From positions 969 through 64,968 of the forward strand of contig CBDUEV010000009.1 of assembly GCA_965366365.1 (NCBI GenBank): a stretch of DNA of 64,000 nt, read 5' to 3'. The notes under the pieces are model-generated. The model was given only the letters and a program-made list of their open reading frames with translations. It was not told the DNA's origin and searched no databases. The position numbers and the translations under genes were made by a program. The DNA comes from an uncultured Acidimicrobiia bacterium. Its GTDB lineage: Bacteria > Actinomycetota > Acidimicrobiia > Spongiisociales > JAENVV01. Positions 27,048 to 36,159 of this stretch are shown here, in pieces (position 1 is the first letter of the stretch; the number at the start of each line of letters is the position of its first letter).

Positions 27048-27704
27048 TTACTTCTTGGCCGACTCGTAGTAAGGGTCGGTGCCGGAGGCATGATCGGTCA
27101 CATCGATCACCTCGTCGAGATCCGGAATGGCTTCCTTGAGGAGACGCTCGATGCCCTGTTTCAAGGTGACGCTGGCCAACCCGCATCCTTGGCAGCCGCC
27201 GCTCAGCTGCACGTAGGCGACGGCGCCGTCGACGCTGATCAGTTGCGCTGCACCGCCGTGCCCGGCGATGGAGGGGTTGATGTTCTGGTCGAGCACCTGC
27301 TGGATGCGCTCTGCCAGAGGGCCGGTCAGGTCGCCCACCGGCGCCGTGGCGGCCACCGGGGTGGCGGGAGTATTCGGATTGTTGATCGAGAGCGCTGGAT
27401 TCGCCGGGTCACTCCCCATCGAAAGACTGGCACCGTCGAACTTCTCCACGTCCTTGGCGGCGATCACGACCGCAAGATCGCCATAGCGGTGGAGGTGATC
27501 GGCTTCCTGGCGGTCTTCCACCGGCATGAAGCTGAGCTCGTACACGAACTGGCCGCCTCGGATCCCCGTGATCTCGAGGAAGAGGGCGAACTCGTCATCG
27601 CCGGGTTCGCCGTCCCTGATCTCGGTGATCTTGGCAATTGCATCGTCTGTAATGCTCAACACTGGTGAATCACTCACGGTTTCTCCGAATGCGGGTTGGT
27701 TCAT
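27048..27704 (-). CDS. nfuA: Fe-S cluster biogenesis protein NfuA-like (degenerate A-type carrier N-domain plus Nfu C-domain)
   Basis: 218 aa. C-terminal Nfu motif AGHGGAAQLISVDGAVAYVQLSGGCQGCGLASVTLKQGIERLL (CxxC). N-terminal ErpA/IscA-like region without the Cys triad. Confidence 0.7.
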   Translation of the reverse strand: MNQPAFGETVSDSPVLSITDDAIAKITEIRDGEPGDDEFALFLEITGIRGGQFVYELSFMPVEDRQEADHLHRYGDLAVVIAAKDVEKFDGASLSMGSDPANPALSINNPNTPATPVAATAPVGDLTGPLAERIQQVLDQNINPSIAGHGGAAQLISVDGAVAYVQLSGGCQGCGLASVTLKQGIERLLKEAIPDLDEVIDVTDHASGTDPYYESAKK

Positions 27705-27767
27705 CGTACTCTCTGGCAGAAGATCCGCCAGATGGGCACAGGGAAACAAACGCGCCACAATGTGACG

Positions 27768-29015
27768 ATGCCCCGCATCGTTCTCATCCTCCCCACGGCA
27801 ACCTACCGGGCGGCCGACTTCATGGAGGCGGCTGACGGCCTCGATCTCGAGATCACTGTGGCGTCGGAGCGGCCGCAACTCTTGGGCGAAGCCATGGGCG
27901 AAGGCTTCTTGCTCATCGACTGCGCCCGGCCAGAGGAGTCGGCGGCCACGATCGTCGCCCTGGGCAGGAAGCATCCTCTCGAGGCCGTGGTCGCCGTCGA
28001 TGACGAAGGTGTCCTGATCGCGGCACTGGCCTCCGAGCAGCTTGGGCTCGCTCATAACCCTGCCCATGCGGTTGCCGCCACCCGCAACAAGGTGATGCTC
28101 CGTCGCGCCCTCAGGGAGGAGGTCCCCCAGCCCCCGTACCAGGTGGCCGAGCCGGGGGCGGACGCGACGGAACTCGCCGAACACGTCGGCGTCCCGCTGG
28201 TCATCAAGCCCCTGTCGCTGTCCGGGAGCCGGGGCGTGATTCGTATCGACGATCCAACCGAGGCGCCGGCGGTGGTTCAACGAATCCGCCGAATCCTCAC
28301 CCGGGCGGGCAGAAACCCGAACGAGCCCCTCCTCTTCGAACGCTTCATCCCTGGGTTCGAGGTAGCGGTCGAAGGCGTGGTGCGTGACGGCCGGCTCGAG
28401 GTGCTCGCCATCCTCGACAAGCCGGACGCGCTCGATGGACCCTTCTTCGAAGAGACGCTGTATGTCACCCCGAGCCGCCTCCATCCGGACATGCAGGCTG
28501 AGGTCGCGGTAGTCACCCAGATGGCGATCGACGCTCTGGGACTCCGAGTCGGCCCCGTCCACGCAGAGCTCCGAGTAGACGGCCCCTGGGTGCGCATGGT
28601 GGAGATCGCCGCCCGACCCATCGGCGGACTGTGCGGACGAGCGTTGCGGTTCGGACTCATGGGCTCGACGCTCGAGACCGTGTTGTTGAGGGCGGCGTTG
28701 GGAATGCCGCTGCGCGGCTTGCGGCGGGAAGAGCCCGCCGCCGGGGTCATGATGATCCCCATCCCTCGCAACGGGACCTTGGAGGGGGTGCACGGAATCG
28801 AGCGAGCGACGGCTGTCGCCGAGGTCACGAGCATCGAGATCACCATCAGCGAGGGGTCCTACGTTGAAACACTCCCCGAGGGGGACCGATATCTTGGTTT
28901 CATCTTCGCCAAAGGCGCCGACGCCGCCTCGGTGGAAGCCGCACTCCGCACAGCCCACCAGAGTCTCGACATCAGGATCACCCCGACCTCCCCCGCCCCC
29001 ACCTCTGGCGGGTGA
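27768..29015 (+). CDS. ATP-grasp domain protein (carboxylate-amine ligase superfamily)
   Basis: Start MPRIVLILPTATYRAADF. The central region fits the ATP-grasp fold pattern (VPLVIKPLSLSGSRGVIRID, FIPGFEVAVEGVV). Substrate unknown. Confidence 0.65.
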   Translation: MPRIVLILPTATYRAADFMEAADGLDLEITVASERPQLLGEAMGEGFLLIDCARPEESAATIVALGRKHPLEAVVAVDDEGVLIAALASEQLGLAHNPAHAVAATRNKVMLRRALREEVPQPPYQVAEPGADATELAEHVGVPLVIKPLSLSGSRGVIRIDDPTEAPAVVQRIRRILTRAGRNPNEPLLFERFIPGFEVAVEGVVRDGRLEVLAILDKPDALDGPFFEETLYVTPSRLHPDMQAEVAVVTQMAIDALGLRVGPVHAELRVDGPWVRMVEIAARPIGGLCGRALRFGLMGSTLETVLLRAALGMPLRGLRREEPAAGVMMIPIPRNGTLEGVHGIERATAVAEVTSIEITISEGSYVETLPEGDRYLGFIFAKGADAASVEAALRTAHQSLDIRITPTSPAPTSGG

Positions 29016-29202
29016 CCCGGACTACGTGCCCAACAGAGGACTCGACACCGCCCTGGGCAGGATGACCGTCCGGGTGGCCGACACGATGGGTGGCAACGAC
29101 CACATAGACGCCGGTGAGAACAGCCAGCGCTCGCATCCGCCCAGCGTAGAGACGAGAGCCGGCGGCGATTGGGCATTGCCGGATCGGCTATGGTCACCCG
29201 CC

Positions 29203-30681
29203 ATGAGCACCGCGCGCACTTCAGGCATTCTCCTACATCCGACGTCTCTGCCAGGTCCCTACGGGATCGGCGAGCTGGGATCGCAGGCTCTCACCTGGCT
29301 GGATTGGCTTGCGTCCACAGGCTGCGAACTCTGGCAGGTTCTTCCCCTCGGGCCGACCGGGTTCGGCGACTCGCCCTATCAGAGCTTCTCTTCGTTTGCG
29401 GGGAACCCCTACCTGGTCAGCCTCGAGGAGCTGGTCGAGGCGGACCTCCTGGCGTCCGACGACTTCGCCACGATGCCCGACTTCCCAGAAGGAAAGGTCG
29501 ATTTCGGGCCGCTGATCCAGTGGAAGACCGAGATGCTCGACCGCGCCCATCGCCGCTTCCAGGCCGACCCCGACTACGACCGCTTCGTGGCGGCCGAGTC
29601 CGAATGGCTGGAGGATTTCGCACTCTTCATGGCCGTCAAGGAGGACCAGGGCGGGAGCCCGTGGACCCAATGGCCGCCCGAACTCAGAGACCGCCACCCG
29701 GCGGCGCTGTCGGACGCCCGAGTCCGACTCGCCCATCGCATCGACGCACACCGCTTTCGCCAGTATCTCTTCTTCGGCCAGTGGGATCGAGTCCGAGAGC
29801 GAGCCGGCCGCCTCGAGGTGCGCATCGTGGGGGATCTGCCCATCTTCGTGGCTCACGACTCAGCCGACGTGTGGGCACGACCGGATCTCTTCCGGCTGGA
29901 TTCGACGGGTCAACCGGAAGTGGTGGCAGGAGTTCCACCTGACTATTTCTCTGCCACCGGGCAGCTGTGGGGCAATCCCCTCTACCGATGGGATCGGCAC
30001 GCCGCAGATGGCTATCGCTGGTGGTTGGAGCGCCTCAAGGCCGTCCTCCGACAGGTCGACATCGTGCGCATCGATCATTTCCGCGCCTTCGCCGACTATT
30101 GGGAGATTCCAGGCGACGCCGAGACGGCCGAGAGCGGCCGGTGGCTGGATGGACCGGGTGCACCGTTCTTCGAGGCCGTGAAGGCAGAGTTGGGTGAGCT
30201 TCCGATCATTGCGGAAGACCTCGGTGAGCTGTCACCCAAGGTCTTCGACCTGCGCGACCAATTGGGCCTGCCCGGGATGAAGATTCTCCAGTTTGCCTTC
30301 GACGATGACGAAACCAACCCCTTCCTTCCCCACAACTATCCCGAGAACTGCGTCGCCTACACCGGGACCCACGACAACGACACCACCGTTGGGTGGTACG
30401 CCTCTGCGCCAGAGGAGGAACGGCACTACGCCAGGACCTACCTGGGCATCGATGGGACCGACATCGCGTGGAGTCTGATCGAAACCATCTGGCGATCGCG
30501 CGCCGACTACGTGCTGGCGCCGATGCAGGACCTCTTGGCACTCCCCAGCGAGCACCGCATGAACCTCCCAGGGAGCGCCTCGGGGAACTGGGGTTGGCGG
30601 TTGCAGCCCGGCGCGCTCACACCGGACCTGGCCCAACGGCTCCGCAACTTGAACGAGGCAACCGGGCGGTTGGGAAGGTAG
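29203..30681 (+). CDS. malQ: 4-alpha-glucanotransferase (amylomaltase)
   Basis: Start MSTARTSGILLHPTSLPGPYGIGELG. WQVLPLGPTG, FVAAESEWLEDFALF, GDLPIFVAHDSADVW and RIDHFRAF are MalQ/GH77 signatures. Confidence 0.9.
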   Translation: MSTARTSGILLHPTSLPGPYGIGELGSQALTWLDWLASTGCELWQVLPLGPTGFGDSPYQSFSSFAGNPYLVSLEELVEADLLASDDFATMPDFPEGKVDFGPLIQWKTEMLDRAHRRFQADPDYDRFVAAESEWLEDFALFMAVKEDQGGSPWTQWPPELRDRHPAALSDARVRLAHRIDAHRFRQYLFFGQWDRVRERAGRLEVRIVGDLPIFVAHDSADVWARPDLFRLDSTGQPEVVAGVPPDYFSATGQLWGNPLYRWDRHAADGYRWWLERLKAVLRQVDIVRIDHFRAFADYWEIPGDAETAESGRWLDGPGAPFFEAVKAELGELPIIAEDLGELSPKVFDLRDQLGLPGMKILQFAFDDDETNPFLPHNYPENCVAYTGTHDNDTTVGWYASAPEEERHYARTYLGIDGTDIAWSLIETIWRSRADYVLAPMQDLLALPSEHRMNLPGSASGNWGWRLQPGALTPDLAQRLRNLNEATGRLGR

Positions 30682-30760
30682 GCGCCTGGCCCGGACCGCG
30701 CCGAGCAGCTCGCTCGACACCGCCGTACCGCTTGCGTGGGTCCACTCCTAGGATCGCTGT

Positions 30761-32026
30761 ATGGTCTCTCCCCTGCTTCGTCGGGCCCCGGCAGTCTTGG
30801 CTCTGGCGGTGGTCGCCCAGGCGTGCAGCTTCGGGGCTTCCTCACCATCCACGACGTCTCCACCCGCGACGACCCCGTTCTCCGCCCCCGCTTCGGAGGC
30901 TGCCGAGACGCCCCCGAGCGAACCCGACATACCGGCCCTCTCACAGTTGCCGGGTCTCCTCGTCGTGGAGGATGGTTCCGATCTCCGGATCGTTCGGCCC
31001 GATGGATCCGGCCCGATCGACTTGCCTGGCTCCATCGAGGGTTCGCAACCAAGCTGGTCGGCCGACGGCACGACGGTGGCTTGGTCGACCGTCCGCCCGT
31101 CCGGCACGCCCGCCGTGGCGGTGGCCGCCATCGGTACCGAACCCGACTACCTCGAGACGGGTTTTCTCCCCTTCTATATCTCCTGGAGTCCGTCGGGTTC
31201 GCATCTCGGCGTGCTCGGGAATGGGGCCTCCGGGACTATCGAGTTTGCCCTCATCGAACCGACCGCTGCGACGGTTCGATCCGTGGATAGCGGAGCTCCC
31301 TTCTACTTCGACTGGTCACCCGATGGAACGCAGATCGTGGCGCACGTCGGAGAATCCGAGCTGCGTGTGATCGAAGTGGCGACCGGTTCCCGACTCCGAT
31401 CCGTGCCGGCTACCGGCGAATTCCAGGCGCCCCAGTGGATCGACGAGGGAATCGTCTATCAGGATTCCACACCAAAGGCCATCCAAGCCCGAGGCATGGC
31501 CCTCCAAGGATCAACCACCCAACGGTTGCTGGTGGGGGATATCGACTCCTCCGACCGTGAGATCGCCCGCTTCGACGGGTTCGGCGCCTTCGCCGTCTCG
31601 ATGGATCGGGTGGCCTACTCGACCGGCTCGGGACTCGATCTCTGGGTCGTGGAGGCCGGCGCCGATCCGGTGAAAGTCAACGACGATCCGGTGCTCGCCT
31701 TCCAATGGAGCCCCGACGGGACCAGGCTCCTGTCGCTCGAGTTCGACCCGGCATCGGCCGCTCCGTCCGCCCACTGGGTGGTGTGGACCGAGGCGGCGGT
31801 CATGGGCTTCCCCGACTTCCAGCCGAGCGGTCCTTGGATCAGCCGCTATCTCCCTTTCTGGGACCAGTACAACCGCAGCCTGAGCGTCTGGTCGCCCGAC
31901 GGAACGGCGTTCGTCTATACGGCGGTGACGGAGCAAGGCGCCGCCGAGGTACTCGTGCAGATGGTGGCCGAAGACCTGGAACCCGTTGCGGTGGCCTCCG
32001 GAGAAGCCGCCAGCTGGTCGCGCTGA
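30761..32026 (+). CDS. lipoprotein with PD40/WD40-like beta-propeller repeats
   Basis: Lipobox VVAQACS, Pro/Thr-rich linker, and repeated WSPDG/WSADG blades. Confidence 0.6.
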   Translation: MVSPLLRRAPAVLALAVVAQACSFGASSPSTTSPPATTPFSAPASEAAETPPSEPDIPALSQLPGLLVVEDGSDLRIVRPDGSGPIDLPGSIEGSQPSWSADGTTVAWSTVRPSGTPAVAVAAIGTEPDYLETGFLPFYISWSPSGSHLGVLGNGASGTIEFALIEPTAATVRSVDSGAPFYFDWSPDGTQIVAHVGESELRVIEVATGSRLRSVPATGEFQAPQWIDEGIVYQDSTPKAIQARGMALQGSTTQRLLVGDIDSSDREIARFDGFGAFAVSMDRVAYSTGSGLDLWVVEAGADPVKVNDDPVLAFQWSPDGTRLLSLEFDPASAAPSAHWVVWTEAAVMGFPDFQPSGPWISRYLPFWDQYNRSLSVWSPDGTAFVYTAVTEQGAAEVLVQMVAEDLEPVAVASGEAASWSR

Positions 32027-32065
32027 CGGTCCCGGCCACAGCCAACCGTGCGCTAGTTTCGAACG

Positions 32066-32716
32066 ATGGAACTGGTAGAACCGACGGCGGCCATCATCTT
32101 CGCGGGCGGGGAAGCCATCGACCTCGGCGTTGTCGAGGACCTGCCAGAAGGCGCTTTTGTGATCGCGGCCGATTCCGGTCTCGATCAGGCCGCATTGATT
32201 GGCTTTCAGGTCGACCTGATCGTCGGCGACCTCGACTCAGTCTCCCCGGACGGACTGGCCGCCGCCACCGGGATCCCGATGGAGATCTACGAACGGGACA
32301 AGGACTTCACCGACCTGGAACTGGCGGTGGAGGCCGCACTGCGCCTGGACGCAGAACGGATCATCGTCGTGGGAGGCTACGGGGGCCGGCTCGACCACCA
32401 CCTCGCCAACACCTCGGTGATTTCCAGCCCTCGGCTGGCGAATTGCCGGGTGGAATGGCTTGCGGGCGAGGCTCATGTCTTCGTCGTCCACGGCACGGTG
32501 CATTTGCACGGCATGCCGGGGGCCACTGTGAGCCTCGTCCCGATCGGGGGCCCGGTCACCGGTGTCACCACCACCGGCCTGAGATGGCCACTCACCAACG
32601 AAACCCTCGAACCGTTCACTGCCCGGGGTATCTCGAACGAATTCGCCAAGCCCTACGCCACCGTCAAGGCCGACTCCGGAAGTCTGCTCGCCATCCTCCC
32701 CGAAGGCTCTCAATAG
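32066..32716 (+). CDS. thiamine diphosphokinase (thiamine pyrophosphokinase)
   Basis: 216 aa. GDLDS motif (IVGDLDSV) and VVGGYGGRLDH, typical of TPK. Confidence 0.75.
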   Translation: MELVEPTAAIIFAGGEAIDLGVVEDLPEGAFVIAADSGLDQAALIGFQVDLIVGDLDSVSPDGLAAATGIPMEIYERDKDFTDLELAVEAALRLDAERIIVVGGYGGRLDHHLANTSVISSPRLANCRVEWLAGEAHVFVVHGTVHLHGMPGATVSLVPIGGPVTGVTTTGLRWPLTNETLEPFTARGISNEFAKPYATVKADSGSLLAILPEGSQ

Positions 32717-32717
32717 G

Positions 32718-32792
32718 CCATGTGGCAATAGACCATGTGGCAGTAGACCCTTGGCAATAGACCATTTGGCAGGAGATGATCTGGCAGTGAGT
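32718..32792. repeat. five tandem copies of an imperfect 15-bp unit (consensus CCATnTGGCArtAGA) filling a convergent intergenic gap
   Basis: The copies are ccatgtggcaataga / ccatgtggcagtaga / cccttggcaataga / ccatttggcaggaga / tgatctggcagtgag. The array starts 2 nt after the TPK stop and ends about 15 nt before the stop of the minus-strand gene. It is locally AT-richer than the genome. Confidence 0.8.
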
Positions 32793-32806
32793 TACCGGAC
32801 CGTGAA

Positions 32807-33070
32807 TTACTGGGCGTCGATCAGGTAGTCGACGTAGAACTCCGTCCAGTCGTCCGTCCGCCCACCGCGCGCCTTTTCGGCCTCACCCAACAGGACGGCT
32901 AGCTCGTCCCGGGAGAGATCGGCATTGAGCGCCGCCGAAGCTTCCTCTCTCAGAAACTCGGCGTACCAGATCGGCCAATCCGGATCCTCCCCGTCGGCCT
33001 CCGCAAAGGCCTCGTGGTGGGCAGAGCCCACCGATCGCATTGCGTTGAGAAGTCGTTCTCGGTCTGCCAC
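32807..33070 (-). CDS. small acidic hypothetical protein, 87 aa
   Basis: GTG start, GC3-rich, translation MADRERLLNAMRSVGSAHHEAFAEADGEDPDWPIWYAEFLREE... No known motif. Confidence 0.5.
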   Translation of the reverse strand: MADRERLLNAMRSVGSAHHEAFAEADGEDPDWPIWYAEFLREEASAALNADLSRDELAVLLGEAEKARGGRTDDWTEFYVDYLIDAQ

Positions 33071-33107
33071 ATCCCCAGCCTACGCCGAGCGATCGGTCAA
33101 CGAAGCC

Positions 33108-34289
33108 TCAGCGAGGCACGTCTTTCCAGGCGATGTCCTTATCGACCCGCGGTTCGCCCGGAAGGCCCAGGACTCGTTCGCCGAGGATGTTGCGCATGAT
33201 CTCCGAGGTGCCGCCCTCGATCGAGTTCGCTCGGGCGCGCAGGAAAGAGCGTTGGCTGGCCTGCCGCCCCAAGCCGGCTTCCTCGGGGCGAGCCATCGTG
33301 TAGCCGCCGGGGAGCAACAGGCCCTCCGCGCCGAGGAGCTCCATGGTGAATTCGGTGATCTTCTTGTTGAGGTCGGCCCAGTGCAACTTGCCTGTTGAGC
33401 CTTCCGGCCCCGGAACCCCTCGTCTGCGATTGTCCGAGGCGCGCATGTTGGTCAGCCGCATCGCCTCGGCTTCCATCCACAAGCCGGCGAGTTTGTCGCG
33501 TTTGGCGGGGTCGTCTCGATCCTTCGACTTCCACACCTCGACGGCGTCCGCGATCGCTCCCCCGCCGCGCGGAGTGACGTTCGATCCGATCGCCACCCGC
33601 TCGTTCATGAGCGTGGTGAGCGCAATCCTCCAGCCTTCGCCCACCTCACCCAGTCGGTTCTCGTCGGGTACACGGACATCCGTGAAGTACACCTCGTTGA
33701 ACTCGGCCTCACCGGTGATCTGGTAGAGAGGTCGCACCTCCACGCCTGGCGATTCCATGTCCACGATGAAGTAGCTGAGGCCCTTGTGTTTCGGGACGTC
33801 GGGGTCGGTGCGCACCACCAGCATCCCCCATCGCGAGACATGGGCGAGAGTCGTCCACACCTTCTGACCGTTGACGATCCACTCGTCGCCGTCGCGAACC
33901 GCTCGGGCGGAAAGGCCCGCCACGTCCGAACCGGCGTCAGGCTCGGAGAACATCTGGCACCAGATCTCCTCCGCCGTGAACATCTTCCTGAGCCACTTCT
34001 CTCGCTGCTCGTCGGTGCCGTGGGCGGCCAGCACCGGCCCTCCCATCCCGATCCCGAGGATGTTCCGCTGGTAGTTGGCGATCGAACCACCGCGCCTCCG
34101 CACCTCGGCCAGAACGGTCTTGTGGTACTTCGGGCTGATCCCGAGGCCGCCGAAGCCTTCCGGAAACTGAACCCACGCCAGGCCGAGGTCGTACATCCGT
34201 CCCCAGAACTCCGGACCCTCCCGTTTTTCGGTGGTGGCAAAGAGGTCATCCAGCCGGGCGTTGACGAGCTGCTCATCCGTGGCGGTCAT
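33108..34289 (-). CDS. acyl-CoA dehydrogenase
   Basis: 393 aa. ACAD signatures (FSEPDAGSDVAGLS, YFIVDMESPGVEVRPL, C-terminal helical domain). Confidence 0.9.
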   Translation of the reverse strand: MTATDEQLVNARLDDLFATTEKREGPEFWGRMYDLGLAWVQFPEGFGGLGISPKYHKTVLAEVRRRGGSIANYQRNILGIGMGGPVLAAHGTDEQREKWLRKMFTAEEIWCQMFSEPDAGSDVAGLSARAVRDGDEWIVNGQKVWTTLAHVSRWGMLVVRTDPDVPKHKGLSYFIVDMESPGVEVRPLYQITGEAEFNEVYFTDVRVPDENRLGEVGEGWRIALTTLMNERVAIGSNVTPRGGGAIADAVEVWKSKDRDDPAKRDKLAGLWMEAEAMRLTNMRASDNRRRGVPGPEGSTGKLHWADLNKKITEFTMELLGAEGLLLPGGYTMARPEEAGLGRQASQRSFLRARANSIEGGTSEIMRNILGERVLGLPGEPRVDKDIAWKDVPR

Positions 34290-34300
34290 GCGTCTCCTCC

Positions 34301-35155
34301 TCAGGCAACGGTCAAGGCGGCGTTCGAGATGACGGGACTGTTCCGTTCTTTGGTCTCGGCAGTGATGAGGACGCCGCCGTCCTCTTCCCAGATCGAGGTG
34401 ACAATGGTCTCGCCGGGGAACACCGGTCCGGCGAAGCGAGCCGAGTAGCTGGACACCTTGGTCGTGTCACCCGACAGAACGGTATCGACAACGGCTTTAC
34501 ACACCACCCCGTACGAGCAGAGACCGTGCAGGATGGGGCGGTCGAAACCGCCGAAGGCCGCGAAAGCCGGATCGGCGTGCAGAGGATTCTTGTCCCCCGA
34601 CAAACGATAGAGCAGCGCTTGCTGGGGAAGCGTAGGAGACTCGATCACGTGGTCCGGCGTTCGCTCCGGAGCAACGTTCCCGGCAGCGGGGCCGCTGTCG
34701 CCGCCAAAGCCTCCCTCACCGCGAAGGAAGATCGAAGAGCGGTTGGTGAACAACCTCTCGCCGTCGGGGGTGGTGGTCTCGATCTCCAGGATCACCAGCG
34801 CACCTTTGCCCTTGTCGTAGATCTCCGAGATGCGTCCCGAATGGACGGCCCCACTGAGGGAGGTGGGAACGGGGCGGTGTATCTCGATCGCCTGTTCGCC
34901 ATGGAGGAGCATGGCGAAATTGAAGTCGAGTCCCTCCACCGAGGCGAGCTGGGCCATCATGGCGAACGACGTGGTCGTGACGAACGATGGCAACACCTTC
35001 AGGTTGGCCTCGTACGTGTACTCGAGCTCGCCGGGATCCGTGGGATGGGATCCCGCTCCCAACCCCAAGTGATAGAGAATCACGGCATCCTCATCCCACG
35101 ACGACGTCATCGGCTCGAGTGAAGCTCCCAGCGCCTTGTCGATGTCGATCGGCAT
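34301..35155 (-). CDS. MaoC-family (R)-specific enoyl-CoA hydratase, double hot-dog
   Basis: 284 aa with two hot-dog halves. The second half has the MaoC pattern (…DKNPLHADPAFA…GFDRPILHGLC). Confidence 0.8.
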   Translation of the reverse strand: MPIDIDKALGASLEPMTSSWDEDAVILYHLGLGAGSHPTDPGELEYTYEANLKVLPSFVTTTSFAMMAQLASVEGLDFNFAMLLHGEQAIEIHRPVPTSLSGAVHSGRISEIYDKGKGALVILEIETTTPDGERLFTNRSSIFLRGEGGFGGDSGPAAGNVAPERTPDHVIESPTLPQQALLYRLSGDKNPLHADPAFAAFGGFDRPILHGLCSYGVVCKAVVDTVLSGDTTKVSSYSARFAGPVFPGETIVTSIWEEDGGVLITAETKERNSPVISNAALTVA

Positions 35156-35156
35156 G

Positions 35157-36062
35157 TCAGCCCTGCAACGCTTTGAACAGCAACGCCATCTCTTCGTTGT
35201 TGTTCTGGGCGATCATGTAGTCGGAGATGTCACGTATCTCATCGAGGTGCGTGGCGATGTCCTCGACGCTTGGCACCACCCCTTGACCCGAGAACCAGCC
35301 TTGGTTCACACCGACGAAGATACGTGCGTAGCGGCCGCCACCCACCGAGAACACTTCGTGAGTGACCGCGCAGTCTTCTGACGCCAGGTAGACGACCAGG
35401 GGCATGACCTGGTTGGGGTCGACCATGTCGGCCAACGGTCCGAGAAGATCCTCGGTCATCCGCGTCTTGGCGACGGGGGCGATGGCGTTGGCTTTGATGT
35501 TGTACTTGGCGCCCTCGATGGCGAGGACGTTCATCATCCCCACCAGCCCGCCTTTGGCCGCTCCGTAGTTCGCTTGACCGAAGTTGCCGAAGATGCCCGA
35601 CGGCGACGAGGTGTTCACGATGCGTCCGTAGCCGGCTTCCTTCATCGCCGCGAAGGCGGGTTGCGTGACATAGAAGGCGCCCTTGAGATGGACATCGATC
35701 ACGGCGTCGATTTGGTCCGTCGTCATCTTTGCGAACGAGGCGTCTCGGAGGATGCCGGCGTTGTTGATGAGAATATCGATCTGGCCGAACGTGTCGAGGG
35801 CCGTCTGGACGATCCCGGCGCCTCCTTCGGGCGTGGCCACCGAGTCGTAGTTGGCCACTGCTTCTCCGCCGGCGGCGGTGATCTCGTCGACCACGGCGTC
35901 GGCAGCCATCGACCCGGCACCTGATCCGTCCACGGCGCCACCGAGGTCGTTCACCACGACCCTGGCGCCTCGCCTCGCCAGCTCCAGCGCGTAGGTCTTT
36001 CCTAGCCCGCCGCCGGCCCCGGTGATGACCGCGACGCGCTGATCAAAGGTGATATCGGACAT
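35157..36062 (-). CDS. SDR-family 3-hydroxyacyl-CoA dehydrogenase (MFE-2 N-domain-like)
   Basis: VAVITGAGGGLGKTYAL (TGxxxGxG), NNAG, S...YGAAK catalytic tetrad. RBS GGAGA 6 nt before ATG 36062. Confidence 0.85.
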   Translation of the reverse strand: MSDITFDQRVAVITGAGGGLGKTYALELARRGARVVVNDLGGAVDGSGAGSMAADAVVDEITAAGGEAVANYDSVATPEGGAGIVQTALDTFGQIDILINNAGILRDASFAKMTTDQIDAVIDVHLKGAFYVTQPAFAAMKEAGYGRIVNTSSPSGIFGNFGQANYGAAKGGLVGMMNVLAIEGAKYNIKANAIAPVAKTRMTEDLLGPLADMVDPNQVMPLVVYLASEDCAVTHEVFSVGGGRYARIFVGVNQGWFSGQGVVPSVEDIATHLDEIRDISDYMIAQNNNEEMALLFKALQG

Positions 36063-36077
36063 GGTGAGTCTCCGTCG

Positions 36078-36121
36078 TCAGGTGGGCTTGTCGACTCAGT
36101 TTAGTCGACAAGCCCACCTGA
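36078..36121 (-). promoter_or_regulatory. perfect 18-bp-arm inverted repeat (stable RNA hairpin) between an acyl-CoA synthetase and the SDR gene
   Basis: tcaggtgggcttgtcgac - tcagttta - gtcgacaagcccacctga, with no mismatch. It lies 16 nt upstream of ATG 36062 and 3 nt from its SD. Confidence 0.6.
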
Positions 36122-36134
36122 GTTAACGGTGGTT

Positions 36135-36152
36135 CACACCGATTCCGGTGTG
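36135..36152 (-). terminator. short perfect hairpin 7 nt after the acyl-CoA synthetase stop codon
   Basis: cacaccg-attc-cggtgtg (7-bp stem, 4-nt loop), no U-tract. Confidence 0.35.
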
Positions 36153-36159
36153 TGTCGCG

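Noticed and set aside
32718-32792. CRISPR array.
   Set aside because: The period is 15 bp with no spacers, there are only five degenerate copies, and there are no cas genes.
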